A stretch of DNA of 64,000 nucleotides from a virus, in the IMG/VR virus record IMGVR_UViG_3300047462_000154, positions 32,001-96,000 of that record, one strand, 5' to 3'. Each line of letters begins with the position of its first letter. Position 1 is the stretch's first letter. The translations under genes and the position numbers were made by a program. Shown here in pieces: positions 52,783-63,066 of this stretch. A model generated the notes under the pieces. That model was not told the DNA's origin. It was given only the letters and a program-made list of their open reading frames with translations, and made no database searches.

Positions 52783-55700
52783 TTATCTAGCACCAGAATA
52801 ACCACAGAGAGAAATTGAAACATTCGCTAATGTTGCATCTTGATTAAATGGAGCATTTATTGTTAATATATCACCAACATTAAAATATAATAATCCAGAA
52901 CTATTTACATAAAAAACTGCATTGTAATTTCCTGGATTAAATTGAATATAACCAAGAACACCACCATTAATATTGATTGTAAATGTTGAAGTAGAAGTTG
53001 GTGTTGTGCCACATGTTGCGACACTTGGATTAAATTGACTATTAAAATAAATGGGTCTTACAATATTATATCTAATAACTTGTTGATATGACCCAGGAAT
53101 TCCAGAAACAAAAAAATCTAAATCATATGATGCATAATTTTGCACCATAATATTGTTGATACCCAAAGTGCCTTGGCTTTTTAAAACAGGATAAACATTT
53201 AATGTGTTTGTAGTATTAAATAATCCAGCAGGACTTATTGAATTAGATGTTGGATATCTATTAGAATATTTAAAATATGGTTCACCAAAACTTATAGAAT
53301 TTTTATAATAATTGCTATTACATGATAATAACCAATCGTAATTCCCAACTGTTATTATATTTACTGCTCTATCGCCGCCAGAAATTGTTCCTGCATTATA
53401 AAAATAAACTGGCTGCGGCACGCCGCTTGCCCAAGTATTTGCAGTATAATTTGCCAAATTTGTGTAATTTATTCCATCATTAGAACCTTGAATCGTTATT
53501 GTTGCTGGTCCTTGATATGCATCGTCAGTTCTTGAGTAAAATATTATTTCATCAACCGCTGTTGATAATGGAAATTGATACACAACTGATGAATTTGTAT
53601 CATCAACTCTTCCAGTCCACCAAGTAGATTGATTTGAATCAAACATATTAGATGCAGGATTTGTTGATGCATTGTAAGAAGATGATGCCGTAACTATGCC
53701 GCCAGTTAATGTAATTTGTGTTCCAGAAAGATAAAATTGAATTTCGGATAATGCAATATATCCTGTTCCTACAGTTGATAATGTAAAATAAAATTTCCAA
53801 TAAGTATATGTTTTTTGAATATTTGTTATTGAACCATTATAAAAAATATAATTACTGTTATTTGTTGTTGATATATAATATTGATTATTATTAGTAAAAA
53901 ATCTTGGAATATAATTTTGTTGACTTGTATCAGAAAATACCAATGTCCAAGTTACTAAATCTGGAGATGTTGCCATCGAAGTATAATAAGAACCGCCTGA
54001 TGTAGTGATGGAATAACATATTCTATATAATGAAACACTTGAATCATAAATTAATTGCGAAACACCACACCCAGAATTTCCATTCAATGGAAGATTTAAT
54101 TGCGCGGTTCCTGAAAGAATTGTAATTGGAGATGTTAATATATCTGGTCCAGATGTAATTAAAACTCCTTGAACAGTTATTGTGCTTGTTGTTTGATTAG
54201 TTGATGCAATTCCCCAAGTAGTTAACGTTAAATAACGATTTCCATTAGGATAATATATAATTGATATGTCTAAATCGTTTTGTAAATATCCACCACGCTG
54301 ATTATAAATTACGCCAATTTGTGTTAATGATTGAGATTGTGAAGTAGTTGTTGGTAAAGTTGCTTGAAATAATCCTTGATAAAATGCTCCATTAGAATCA
54401 TTACAAATCGCGGTAAAAAGTATTGTATTATTTGATGGAAAATAAGGTGTTCCATTTTGATTTGTTACTAATGTATATTCACGTAATCCCGTATACCCAA
54501 ATCTTCCAGATTTGAAATTTGCAAATTGCATTGAACCAGTACCGCCTGCTGTTGCATACGTGAATGCAGCACCCCAACCAGATAAATTACCAACTGTAGA
54601 AAAATTATAATAAGAATTTATCGCGGTGGTTCCAGTAATTTGTTGCCATGTTGAACTACTTGAAGACCCTCCGGGTTTTATCCAACCAACAACGCTATTA
54701 TTAATTAAACTCATACCTAAAGAAAATGGCAATGAAGTAGAATATGTGACATTTGTAACAAAGGTAACTGAGCCTGCAATTTTTACTTCAATACCAACTT
54801 GATTGCCTGAAAATTGGTAAACGCAAAATAAAAAATTATTTCCATCTTTTGCAATACCAACACCAACATTTGCATAACCAGTTTCGTTTGCTATCGGATG
54901 TGCAATAACATCAATTGCAACAAACATTTGTGGAATCGAATATGTACTAGATGATTCAACAAAAATATCATTGGCAGCAATTGAATGATAAACGGTAGCA
55001 ACATTTGAAGCCACCGAAAATGAACCAAATGTTCCAGTTTCGGAATATCTTGTGAAATTTAATGTTGTTGTAAATGTATCAGTAAAATCCATTAATGTGG
55101 ATTGTGGTTGGAAATAATTTGACAACAAAAATTGTGGAGAATAATTGAAATTTAGTTGATTTGGTAATAATTCAATTTGATTTTCTATTAAAAATCCAGT
55201 ATTGTAATTCGCATTATAATGTGAAGATATTTGATGTGGTGTTAAACATGTTTTATAAAAAGCTAAATTCGAATAATATCCAGGTGTATAATCTCCACTA
55301 TAACTAGGATTATATCCCAAACTAAAATTATTATCTCCTGCACAAACACCAATAGCACTTGTCCATTTTTGAGTTAAAGCCCCATTTACATAAAATGACA
55401 AATTAGAATATCCATCATACGTTACTGCAAAATGATAAATCTCACCAAGAATAGGTGTTCCCGTAATGTTATTTAAATCTGCTGCTCTAACCCCATTAAA
55501 CGCCACATCTAAAAAAGGCGGATTCCCAGTTCTTGCAAATATTTGTAAACCAGTATTTGCGGTATCGGTATGTGAATTTGCACATATTCTATTAGAACTA
55601 GTAATTGAAATTATTTGACAAAAAAACTCAAAAGACCATGATGGATTTGGTGCAACATAAAATCCTTGTTGGACTCCTGATTGCCAAGCTGCTGGATAAA

Positions 55701-56454
55701 CTTTATTTAAAACAGTATAATTAACACCATCATTTGATGCTTGAATCGTTATTGTTCCTGGTCCTTCAACAATATCATTTCTACAAAAAAAACCAATCCA
55801 ACCACATGCAATTGCTGATGGAAAAACATATTGCAAAACAACATTTTGACCACCTGAATATGCTTCAAAAAATGTGCTAGTATTTCCATCAAATGCATTA
55901 GAAGCAGCATTGTTGACTCCATATGGAGCAACAGGAACGCTTGCTGTTCCATTGCGTGTATAGGCATTAGCAAAACCATCATTGAAATATATTTCAGATA
56001 AATCAACATTTCCTGATGTATTGATATTATTTGGGCTGTTTGAATTTAAAACAAATTGCCAATATTGATATGAGACCGTATTGATAGGAGGATTACGAAA
56101 TGGTACAGTCATATAACCAGAATTTAGCCAAGTAGAATATGTATTATCACAAGTAATTGGTGGTGAACCATTAACGATATTTCCACCATAAGTTCCATTT
56201 AATCCACCAATACTATCAATTGCGGCAGCAGCGGGTGCTTGATTTGGTAATGAGATTTCGTTCATTAAATAAAGATTACAAGCGCCATCTTTTATTTGTT
56301 GTGCGGCAATATAATTTCTTTGATGTGTAGTAAAATTTATAGCTTCAAAATTACCAACCAAAGTTCCATTCTTACTAACTTTAATTCCACCAGTTGCATT
56401 TACAACACTGCCTGTGCCATTAGTTCCAGTGCTTATTATTTGTTTACCAACCAC
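52783..56454 (-). CDS. Large tail adhesin with LamG and two F5/8-C (discoidin)-like domains
   Basis: ASNAFDGN / ASNMFDSN..TITIQ.SNDG.NYT discoidin repeats; YHFAVTYDG LamG; TATAAATA at 56477-56484. Confidence 0.75.
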   Translation of the reverse strand: MVGKQIISTGTNGTGSVVNATGGIKVSKNGTLVGNFEAINFTTHQRNYIAAQQIKDGACNLYLMNEISLPNQAPAAAAIDSIGGLNGTYGGNIVNGSPPITCDNTYSTWLNSGYMTVPFRNPPINTVSYQYWQFVLNSNSPNNINTSGNVDLSEIYFNDGFANAYTRNGTASVPVAPYGVNNAASNAFDGNTSTFFEAYSGGQNVVLQYVFPSAIACGWIGFFCRNDIVEGPGTITIQASNDGVNYTVLNKVYPAAWQSGVQQGFYVAPNPSWSFEFFCQIISITSSNRICANSHTDTANTGLQIFARTGNPPFLDVAFNGVRAADLNNITGTPILGEIYHFAVTYDGYSNLSFYVNGALTQKWTSAIGVCAGDNNFSLGYNPSYSGDYTPGYYSNLAFYKTCLTPHQISSHYNANYNTGFLIENQIELLPNQLNFNYSPQFLLSNYFQPQSTLMDFTDTFTTTLNFTRYSETGTFGSFSVASNVATVYHSIAANDIFVESSSTYSIPQMFVAIDVIAHPIANETGYANVGVGIAKDGNNFLFCVYQFSGNQVGIEVKIAGSVTFVTNVTYSTSLPFSLGMSLINNSVVGWIKPGGSSSSSTWQQITGTTAINSYYNFSTVGNLSGWGAAFTYATAGGTGSMQFANFKSGRFGYTGLREYTLVTNQNGTPYFPSNNTILFTAICNDSNGAFYQGLFQATLPTTTSQSQSLTQIGVIYNQRGGYLQNDLDISIIYYPNGNRYLTLTTWGIASTNQTTSTITVQGVLITSGPDILTSPITILSGTAQLNLPLNGNSGCGVSQLIYDSSVSLYRICYSITTSGGSYYTSMATSPDLVTWTLVFSDTSQQNYIPRFFTNNNQYYISTTNNSNYIFYNGSITNIQKTYTYWKFYFTLSTVGTGYIALSEIQFYLSGTQITLTGGIVTASSSYNASTNPASNMFDSNQSTWWTGRVDDTNSSVVYQFPLSTAVDEIIFYSRTDDAYQGPATITIQGSNDGINYTNLANYTANTWASGVPQPVYFYNAGTISGGDRAVNIITVGNYDWLLSCNSNYYKNSISFGEPYFKYSNRYPTSNSISPAGLFNTTNTLNVYPVLKSQGTLGINNIMVQNYASYDLDFFVSGIPGSYQQVIRYNIVRPIYFNSQFNPSVATCGTTPTSTSTFTININGGVLGYIQFNPGNYNAVFYVNSSGLLYFNVGDILTINAPFNQDATLANVSISLCGYSGAR

Positions 56455-56487
56455 TATTTTATTCCGCTTTTACTCTTATTTATAATA

Positions 56488-56516
56488 TTGACTGACTGAT
56501 ATTTACCATTTATACT
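56488..56516 (+). promoter_or_regulatory. sigma70-type promoter TTGACT-N17-TATACT
   Basis: Upstream of AAGGA RBS and GTG 56543. Confidence 0.65.
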
Positions 56517-56542
56517 TATAAAGTCATAACGTTAAGGAACTT

Positions 56543-57250
56543 GTGTTAATGTTGTTTTTTAAAAAGAAAAAAGCAGAACCAATTATCGTTAAACCAAAAC
56601 AACAAATCCCATATGATGATTTAAAAAAATCTTGTTTGGAAGAACTAAAAAACAAAAGGCAAGAAACTTATGAAAAATATCTAGAAAATTATCAAAAAGA
56701 ATTCAAAAATTTTGAATTTTCTTTGAAAAAATATGATAATTTTCTTTCAATTACAATTAAAACAGAAAAAGAAAATTTTACTCGCGCATTCAATTTAAAT
56801 TGTATAGAAACTATTTCTTTTAATGAAGGGTATCCTGTAAAAAAAACAGGAGAAAAATGTTATGCTTATTTAAAATGGTCTGATTCAGACAATGAAAATT
56901 TTGCATATAAAAGAAATGATTTTGAAAACGATCATGAAATTTATTTGGATTACTATAATAACAACTATGATTTTGATGACAGTTACACATTTTTTTATAA
57001 AGCATCAATTCCAGAAAATCTTGAATATAGTGTTTTTTGTAATTATGAAAATTGTAATAGAATGATTTATAATCTAAGAAAATTTTCATCAGAAGGTGGT
57101 ATAGGACGATATACAATTACCGATGATGATTTTTGTTCTTTTTCTATGCCAGATTTAATTATTTTAGATAAAATTGGCATGTTATGTGTTCCTTATGGTA
57201 AAGGAAAAGAAATATATCAACAAATATTGGAGACAAAAAATGAAGGTTAA
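56543..57250 (+). CDS. Hypothetical protein
   Basis: 235-aa ORF. Confidence 0.6.
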   Translation: MLMLFFKKKKAEPIIVKPKQQIPYDDLKKSCLEELKNKRQETYEKYLENYQKEFKNFEFSLKKYDNFLSITIKTEKENFTRAFNLNCIETISFNEGYPVKKTGEKCYAYLKWSDSDNENFAYKRNDFENDHEIYLDYYNNNYDFDDSYTFFYKASIPENLEYSVFCNYENCNRMIYNLRKFSSEGGIGRYTITDDDFCSFSMPDLIILDKIGMLCVPYGKGKEIYQQILETKNEG

Positions 57251-58502
57251 ATTATCAACTTTATCAAACGGATTGCGCGTTATCACAACAGAAATGCCAA
57301 ATCTTATTTCTGCAACATGTAAAGTATTAGTGAATACTGGTTCAAGAAATGAAAAAGAATTTGAAAAAGGTGTAACGCATGCATTGGAACATCTTCGATT
57401 TAAAAGTACCAAAAACAGAAGCACATTTGATATAGCAAAAGAATTAGAAATGCTTGGTGGTTATACCAATGCATATACTTCAAAAGAAACAACTGTTTAT
57501 TATGCAAGTGGATTATCTGAATCTATTCCAAAATTTATAGAAATTTTGGGAGATACAATGTCAAATACTCTTTTTGAAGATAAAGATGTTAGAACAGAAA
57601 GTGGTGTAATTTTACAAGAAATTGCAATGTATGCAGATAATGTGAGTGATATTTCAGCCGATGCTTATTATGATGCTGCTTTTAATGGACAACCAATAGC
57701 ACATCCAATATTAGGAACAAAAGAATTTGTTGCTAACATGAAACGAGAAGATTTTTTACGTTATGAAGACGAACATTATTTTGCAAAAAATATGGTATTA
57801 AGTATTGCTGGTAATGTTAATCATGATGAAATTTGTGAACTTGCAGAAAAACATCTTGGGCATATTAAATCAGATAACCCAAATAGAGAAATTAGAAGCA
57901 AAACCATTTTTCAAAATAAAGAAAAAATAATCGTAAATGATTTTGAACAAATTTGTCTTAATGTTGGTTTTCATTCATCATTATTTCAAAACGATTTAGA
58001 AACAGGTAAAATAGCACATGCATTAGCTGGTACAGCTTTGGGTGGTGGTATGTGCAGTCCATTATGGCAAGAAATTAGAGAAAAACGCGCATTAGTATAT
58101 TCTACATATTCTTATAGTGATGAATTATCTGATTTAAATTCAATGATTATCGGTGCTGGAACAACACCAGATAATTTTGAAGAATTATTACAAACCATGT
58201 CCAATATTGCAAATAATTTTAATTCCTTAGTAACCAATGATGATATTTTTCGGGCAAAAAATGCACAATTAGTTCAATTATCAGCATTAGTCGAAAATGC
58301 AAATAGAATAACAAGTCATTTTGGATATCTTTTGCTTGAAGGCAGAGCATTAGAAATGCCAGAAATTACAATTCAAAAAGTAAAAGATTTTGATGAAAAA
58401 AATATTAGAGATTTATTTGATGATTTTAAAAATTTAAATATTGCCGTTGGGGCTGCTGGTCCAGTGCCATTTGATAATGTCATTGACAAAATTAAAAACT
58501 AA
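57240..58502 (+). CDS. M16B zinc peptidase (MPP/PqqL-like; start reassigned from 57174)
   Basis: LSNGLRV, TGSRNE, HALEH (HxxEH), NAYTS and LGGGMCSPLWQEIREKR motifs. Confidence 0.9.
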   Translation: MKVKLSTLSNGLRVITTEMPNLISATCKVLVNTGSRNEKEFEKGVTHALEHLRFKSTKNRSTFDIAKELEMLGGYTNAYTSKETTVYYASGLSESIPKFIEILGDTMSNTLFEDKDVRTESGVILQEIAMYADNVSDISADAYYDAAFNGQPIAHPILGTKEFVANMKREDFLRYEDEHYFAKNMVLSIAGNVNHDEICELAEKHLGHIKSDNPNREIRSKTIFQNKEKIIVNDFEQICLNVGFHSSLFQNDLETGKIAHALAGTALGGGMCSPLWQEIREKRALVYSTYSYSDELSDLNSMIIGAGTTPDNFEELLQTMSNIANNFNSLVTNDDIFRAKNAQLVQLSALVENANRITSHFGYLLLEGRALEMPEITIQKVKDFDEKNIRDLFDDFKNLNIAVGAAGPVPFDNVIDKIKN

Positions 58503-58510
58503 TATATAAT
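58483..58510 (+). promoter_or_regulatory. Consensus sigma70 promoter TTGACA-N16-TATAAT, leaderless
   Basis: The -10 box ends 6 nt before ATG 58517; no RBS. Confidence 0.8.
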
Positions 58511-58516
58511 GATGAT

Positions 58517-59404
58517 ATGATATTAGAACGCCTACATAAACAGGGTATTATTCAATGCCCGCCATGGATGATTAATTCAATTCATTATCTCACAATAATG
58601 GGCAGTGATGCTTATGGTGTTTCATCAGGTAGTTCTGATATTGATTATTATGGCTATTGTGTTCCACCAAGAAATATTGTGTTTCCTCATGAGGCATCGA
58701 TAATTTTTGGGTTCGATGACGACAAAATTCAGAAATTTGAACAATGGCAACAACATCATTGCATCGATAATTCAACACAAAAAGAATATGATTTTTCTGT
58801 TTTTAATGTCGTTAGATATTTTAAATTGTGTATGGATGGAAATCCAAATGTTTTGGACAGTTTATTCGCGCCAAGACGTTGCATTGCCGTAATTACACCA
58901 ATGGCTGAACACATTCGCCATAATAGAAAAATATTTTTGTCAAAAAAATGTTATAGTAAATTTAAAGGCTATGGTTTTTCGCAAATGGCGAAGATAAAAA
59001 ATGGTTCAAATTCTTCAAATCCAAAACGCAAAGCAGATATTGAAACCCATGGGCTAGATTTAAAATTCGGGTATCACATTGCGAGGCTATGCCAAGAAAA
59101 TGAACAAATTTTGCTTGAACATGATTTGGACATTGAACAAAATCGCGAATTACTTAAATCAATTAGACGGGGTGAATGGGATTTTCAACGTTTGGAATCT
59201 TGGTGGATAGAAAAAGAAAAATCTTTAGAAAAACTTTATGTTGAAAGCACTTTACGCCATGAACCAGCATATGATGAAATCAAAGCATTATTATTACAAT
59301 GCTTGGAAATGGTGTTCGGTTCTTTAGATAAAGCGTACAAACAAGATTTATCTGTTGATAAAATGATTGTGGAATTGGATAACGTTATTCAAAAATACCG
59401 TTAA
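58517..59404 (+). CDS. Pol-beta-family nucleotidyltransferase (YcgL/RlaP-like)
   Basis: MGSDAYG..SSDIDY motif; GNPNVLD; K..YH..RL. Confidence 0.85.
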   Translation: MILERLHKQGIIQCPPWMINSIHYLTIMGSDAYGVSSGSSDIDYYGYCVPPRNIVFPHEASIIFGFDDDKIQKFEQWQQHHCIDNSTQKEYDFSVFNVVRYFKLCMDGNPNVLDSLFAPRRCIAVITPMAEHIRHNRKIFLSKKCYSKFKGYGFSQMAKIKNGSNSSNPKRKADIETHGLDLKFGYHIARLCQENEQILLEHDLDIEQNRELLKSIRRGEWDFQRLESWWIEKEKSLEKLYVESTLRHEPAYDEIKALLLQCLEMVFGSLDKAYKQDLSVDKMIVELDNVIQKYR

Positions 59405-59709
59405 TAATAACAATCTCTCAAAATATTATTTACCAAAAAGAAATCACCAGATTTCTTCATTCTGTCAGTGTAAATACATTTATAATGCATAATAAGAATT
59501 TCTGAATCCTGTCTATTACCCAAAGCGCGATAGTAAATATCGCAGGCGGTTTTTTTTGGGACAATATTATTTACATTACTCATTTCAAAGCCATTTAAAG
59601 CCTTCTGGGCGGCTTTGATAATGTTTTTGAGATAACCTACCGTAAACGTCTCAGAAGCCGCCAGAGCGCGTGCTTTGTCTTTGCTGATGCCATGTTTAAT
59701 AATTTCCAT
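59401..59709 (-). CDS. Hypothetical protein
   Basis: 102-aa ORF. Confidence 0.55.
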   Translation of the reverse strand: MEIIKHGISKDKARALAASETFTVGYLKNIIKAAQKALNGFEMSNVNNIVPKKTACDIYYRALGNRQDSEILIMHYKCIYTDRMKKSGDFFLVNNILRDCYY

Positions 59710-59765
59710 TGACCTATTTTATCATATATGTCATGAAACATCTACAAAATATTGGAGATACACTG

Positions 59766-60119
59766 ATGTTGACTGATGTTCGCGATAGTAGTTTTGAAAT
59801 TGAAAAAGACCATGCGATTGAAATTTATCTACGCAAGCGTGGTATGTATAATCAACCACTAGCATCAGTAAAATTGTTGAGTTTTGAATTCCAAGAAAAC
59901 ACGCAAGAATATTTGAACATTTACTTGATACGAAACACAAACAAACATTTCATCAAAAAAATTAAATTGAATGAAAAATTTGAAAAATTATCAAAAGATT
60001 TTGAAGATGTTGAAATCAAATATACTTTGAATATGAAAGCAAATCTTGTTGTTCATATTAGCAAACCAGATATGGTTGAAGTATCAAGAGTGCGTTTACA
60101 TTCATCTTATAGAAAATAG
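59766..60119 (+). CDS. Hypothetical protein (start reassigned from 59709)
   Basis: GGAG RBS before ATG 59766. Confidence 0.55.
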   Translation: MLTDVRDSSFEIEKDHAIEIYLRKRGMYNQPLASVKLLSFEFQENTQEYLNIYLIRNTNKHFIKKIKLNEKFEKLSKDFEDVEIKYTLNMKANLVVHISKPDMVEVSRVRLHSSYRK

Positions 60120-60145
60120 ATGGTGATATTATCACCATCTATTTT
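60113..60145. terminator. 16-bp-arm inverted repeat between convergent genes
   Basis: AAAATAGATGGTGATA-T-TATCACCATCTATTTT contains both TAG stops. Confidence 0.75.
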
Positions 60146-60687
60146 ACAAGTTTCCTGTAAGTTAAACTAATTCTCGGACGCACCTTAAAACCAGCTTTAG
60201 GAATGCGGTGAAAATGTGTATCTTGCATGCCTGCATCCATTAAAAACAAAGAACCATCACCCAAAATAAAACTTTCAATTTCGGATGTTTCTTTGTTCTT
60301 TGTTTGAATTGTCCGTAAACCAGCATTGACTGGTTCTCCATATAAAGAAATCACCGCAATAGGAAATGCATGGTCAATGCCAGGGTCATCATCCGCATGC
60401 CAACCTAAAGCATCTCGTTCAGATTCGTAGCCATTTAAAAAACATCCTTCAAATCTGAATCCCAAATGCTTTTCTAAAGCATCAGTGCATTTTTCAATCA
60501 AAGGATGAGTTTCTTGTGGAAAATATGTCCGCACACCAACACCACGTCCATAAGTATATGACCGATTCAACGTGTTAATCCAATATTCACGTCTTGGTGC
60601 ATCAGCACGCCTTTCCCAATTCAATTCATCCCATAAAGATTTGAATATGTTTTCAGGCTCAACAAATTTCTCAATATACGTTGTCAT
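60139..60687 (-). CDS. AlkB-family 2OG-Fe(II) dioxygenase
   Basis: CFLNGY, GWHADD (HxD), HRIPK and RISLTYR motifs. Confidence 0.9.
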   Translation of the reverse strand: MTTYIEKFVEPENIFKSLWDELNWERRADAPRREYWINTLNRSYTYGRGVGVRTYFPQETHPLIEKCTDALEKHLGFRFEGCFLNGYESERDALGWHADDDPGIDHAFPIAVISLYGEPVNAGLRTIQTKNKETSEIESFILGDGSLFLMDAGMQDTHFHRIPKAGFKVRPRISLTYRKLVK

Positions 60688-60725
60688 ATAATACCCATAT
60701 CATCTCAAAATTTATTTGTCAAGTT

Positions 60726-61139
60726 TTATAAAATATTGTATATATCATTTTCATCAGTTGTATAAATTATTTTCTTGATTGAAAATGTAGCTATACATTT
60801 TTTACATCCCGCGCAGGGATATGCATTTCCAGTAATCCATTCTTTTTTGTCAGATTTTTTTATTCGATAAATATAAAGAGTTGCTTTTTTCAAATCTTCT
60901 ATTTCTAAAAATCTTAATGAATTATATATAGCGCTTGTTTCTGCATGTAAATATATTGATTCTATATTTTTTCCATATTTCAATTGAAATGGATGAGACC
61001 TTCTTTCATTGTATCCAAAACTTATTACTGAGTTTTTGATTGTAAGAATTGAAGAAATTTTACTATTTCGAACTGGTTTAACGGATATGGCAAATTTTCT
61101 TGCCATTTTCATAAATTTTATATCATGTTTTGAAAACAT
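60726..61139 (-). CDS. CMP/dCMP-type zinc deaminase
   Basis: LHAE ... PCAGC. Confidence 0.85.
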   Translation of the reverse strand: MFSKHDIKFMKMARKFAISVKPVRNSKISSILTIKNSVISFGYNERRSHPFQLKYGKNIESIYLHAETSAIYNSLRFLEIEDLKKATLYIYRIKKSDKKEWITGNAYPCAGCKKCIATFSIKKIIYTTDENDIYNIL

Positions 61140-62332
61140 TTAATTTTTTCTTTACTAATAATAAAATATGGTTTTAGATTTTTTTCTTCCAAGGATGTAT
61201 TTTTTATTAATCCATTGAATTTTTCTCCACATCCAGTGAAATATAAATGATATTTTCCTGGTTCTATTTTAACATCAACAAAATCATCTTCATCTTCCCT
61301 GTAAAGATTATATATTTCTTCACTACCCATGATTTCAATTAATTTTTCCTTTTCAATAATAGTAATCCACCATAATCCAGTTGACACATGACCTAATTTT
61401 TTTTCTTTTAAATCTTTTATTGCTTCTTGATATAGTTCTTTTGTTTCATAGTCATAATCATCAAAAATATTTGAGCAATCGGCAACAACAATATTACCAT
61501 TGCTTTCAAAAACATCTGGTGATGTATTACTTACATTAACATGAATTATTCCCAATTTTTTCCAATACAAATTGGTTGCATTTACTCTTCCAATTGCAGA
61601 ATTGACACTGATTTTAGCCCATTCTTTTTTTATTTTTTTACAATATTCATCAAAAATTTGATTTTTATAGAACCAATCTGTTATAATTAAATTACCCGTT
61701 TTAAATTCTATTTCTAAATGTTCTATTTTTTGTGGTGCAATTGGGGATATTTCTTTAAAATCATTTAATATAGAACAAAATCGAGTAAGTTTAAAATTCT
61801 GCCAATTTTCAAAATTTAAACAATATATGTGATTATCGCCTTCACAATACCATTCAATATGAGTTTTCCAATCTTTACTAGCGTAATTACCAGCATTTAT
61901 AATTTCAACAATTTCTTCATATGTTGGTTCTTTATCTTTATTTTTTCTTACCAAATCAACTATTAATGTTCTAAAAAGTTGATAAAATAAATGAAATGCT
62001 GTATAATCATCATCATTTTCATCGTCGCAATCATCATCATCTGAATAAGTTGGTTTATTTGGTAAAGTTTTTGTTTCAACAAATTTATTCCAAAAAATTG
62101 CTTTTGGTATTAAATGTCCTTCAATTCCAGAAATTTTATTTAAATGATTTTTATTGTTTAAATCTTTCAAAAATTCAACAAAACAAAATAAACAATCGTC
62201 ATAATTGGTCGCCTTATCCAATACTCTAAGAATATTAGATGTTATGTGGGAATTATATGCATCTTTTTGTATTTGCTTACCAAAAAATTTGTCAAAATCT
62301 TCTTTTGAAAAAAAATCAGCAAAATTAGACAT
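61118..62332 (-). CDS. Hypothetical protein
   Basis: 404-aa ORF; GGAG RBS. Confidence 0.7.
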   Translation of the reverse strand: MSNFADFFSKEDFDKFFGKQIQKDAYNSHITSNILRVLDKATNYDDCLFCFVEFLKDLNNKNHLNKISGIEGHLIPKAIFWNKFVETKTLPNKPTYSDDDDCDDENDDDYTAFHLFYQLFRTLIVDLVRKNKDKEPTYEEIVEIINAGNYASKDWKTHIEWYCEGDNHIYCLNFENWQNFKLTRFCSILNDFKEISPIAPQKIEHLEIEFKTGNLIITDWFYKNQIFDEYCKKIKKEWAKISVNSAIGRVNATNLYWKKLGIIHVNVSNTSPDVFESNGNIVVADCSNIFDDYDYETKELYQEAIKDLKEKKLGHVSTGLWWITIIEKEKLIEIMGSEEIYNLYREDEDDFVDVKIEPGKYHLYFTGCGEKFNGLIKNTSLEEKNLKPYFIISKEKIKCFQNMI

Positions 62333-62370
62333 GATAAAGGCTCCAAAAAAACCTTTATACGGAAATAATT

Positions 62371-63066
62371 TTAGTTTGTATAGAGGAAATTTACATAGCT
62401 TTGCATACCAGCAATAAAATTAGTTCTACTTCCCGAAAAATCAATTGCATTTAATGCATTTTGTAATGGTCCTGCTGTTGGGGATACAAAAACACCAGAT
62501 AACCCATGAATGATAGCATTTAAATAATTAAAAGTCATTTGGTCAGAATTAGAATATCCATATGAACCAACATTATTTACAGTAAAACCTTCAAGAGATG
62601 TATATTTTGTTCCAACACCAATTACATTATTTCCATTACCTGTAGGTACAATTCCATTTGTTATCGCTTGTATAAAAGTAAAAAATGCAGGAAATATACC
62701 TCTCATTGTATTGCCATAAGAATCTCCACCACCATAAGAATCTTGGCTTATTTGAACCCAAGATGTTCCAGACCAATAATAATTAGCAAAATGGTCAGAA
62801 CTTGAATATGGCGGCATTTCTATTCCACCAGGAACAGAATTTACTAAACTATTAGCTTTTGACATAATCGTTGTAATATCAAAAGGATAATTATAACTAT
62901 TTCTAAAATTAGCTAAAGATATAGTACCACTTGTTGGTATGTTAGAATTTTGTGGAGTGTTATAAACATACGAGCCGCCACGATATAATTGATTCATATT
63001 AATTGGATGAGGAACACCAAAATATAATGAAATTTGACCAAGTGATATTGAACCAGTAGAAAACAT
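62371..63066 (-). CDS. Fibre-tip adhesin-like protein
   Basis: N-terminal GSISLGQI..FG..LYRGG..IPTSGTISLANF motif, typical of proteins encoded right after S74-chaperone fibres. Confidence 0.6.
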   Translation of the reverse strand: MFSTGSISLGQISLYFGVPHPINMNQLYRGGSYVYNTPQNSNIPTSGTISLANFRNSYNYPFDITTIMSKANSLVNSVPGGIEMPPYSSSDHFANYYWSGTSWVQISQDSYGGGDSYGNTMRGIFPAFFTFIQAITNGIVPTGNGNNVIGVGTKYTSLEGFTVNNVGSYGYSNSDQMTFNYLNAIIHGLSGVFVSPTAGPLQNALNAIDFSGSRTNFIAGMQSYVNFLYTN

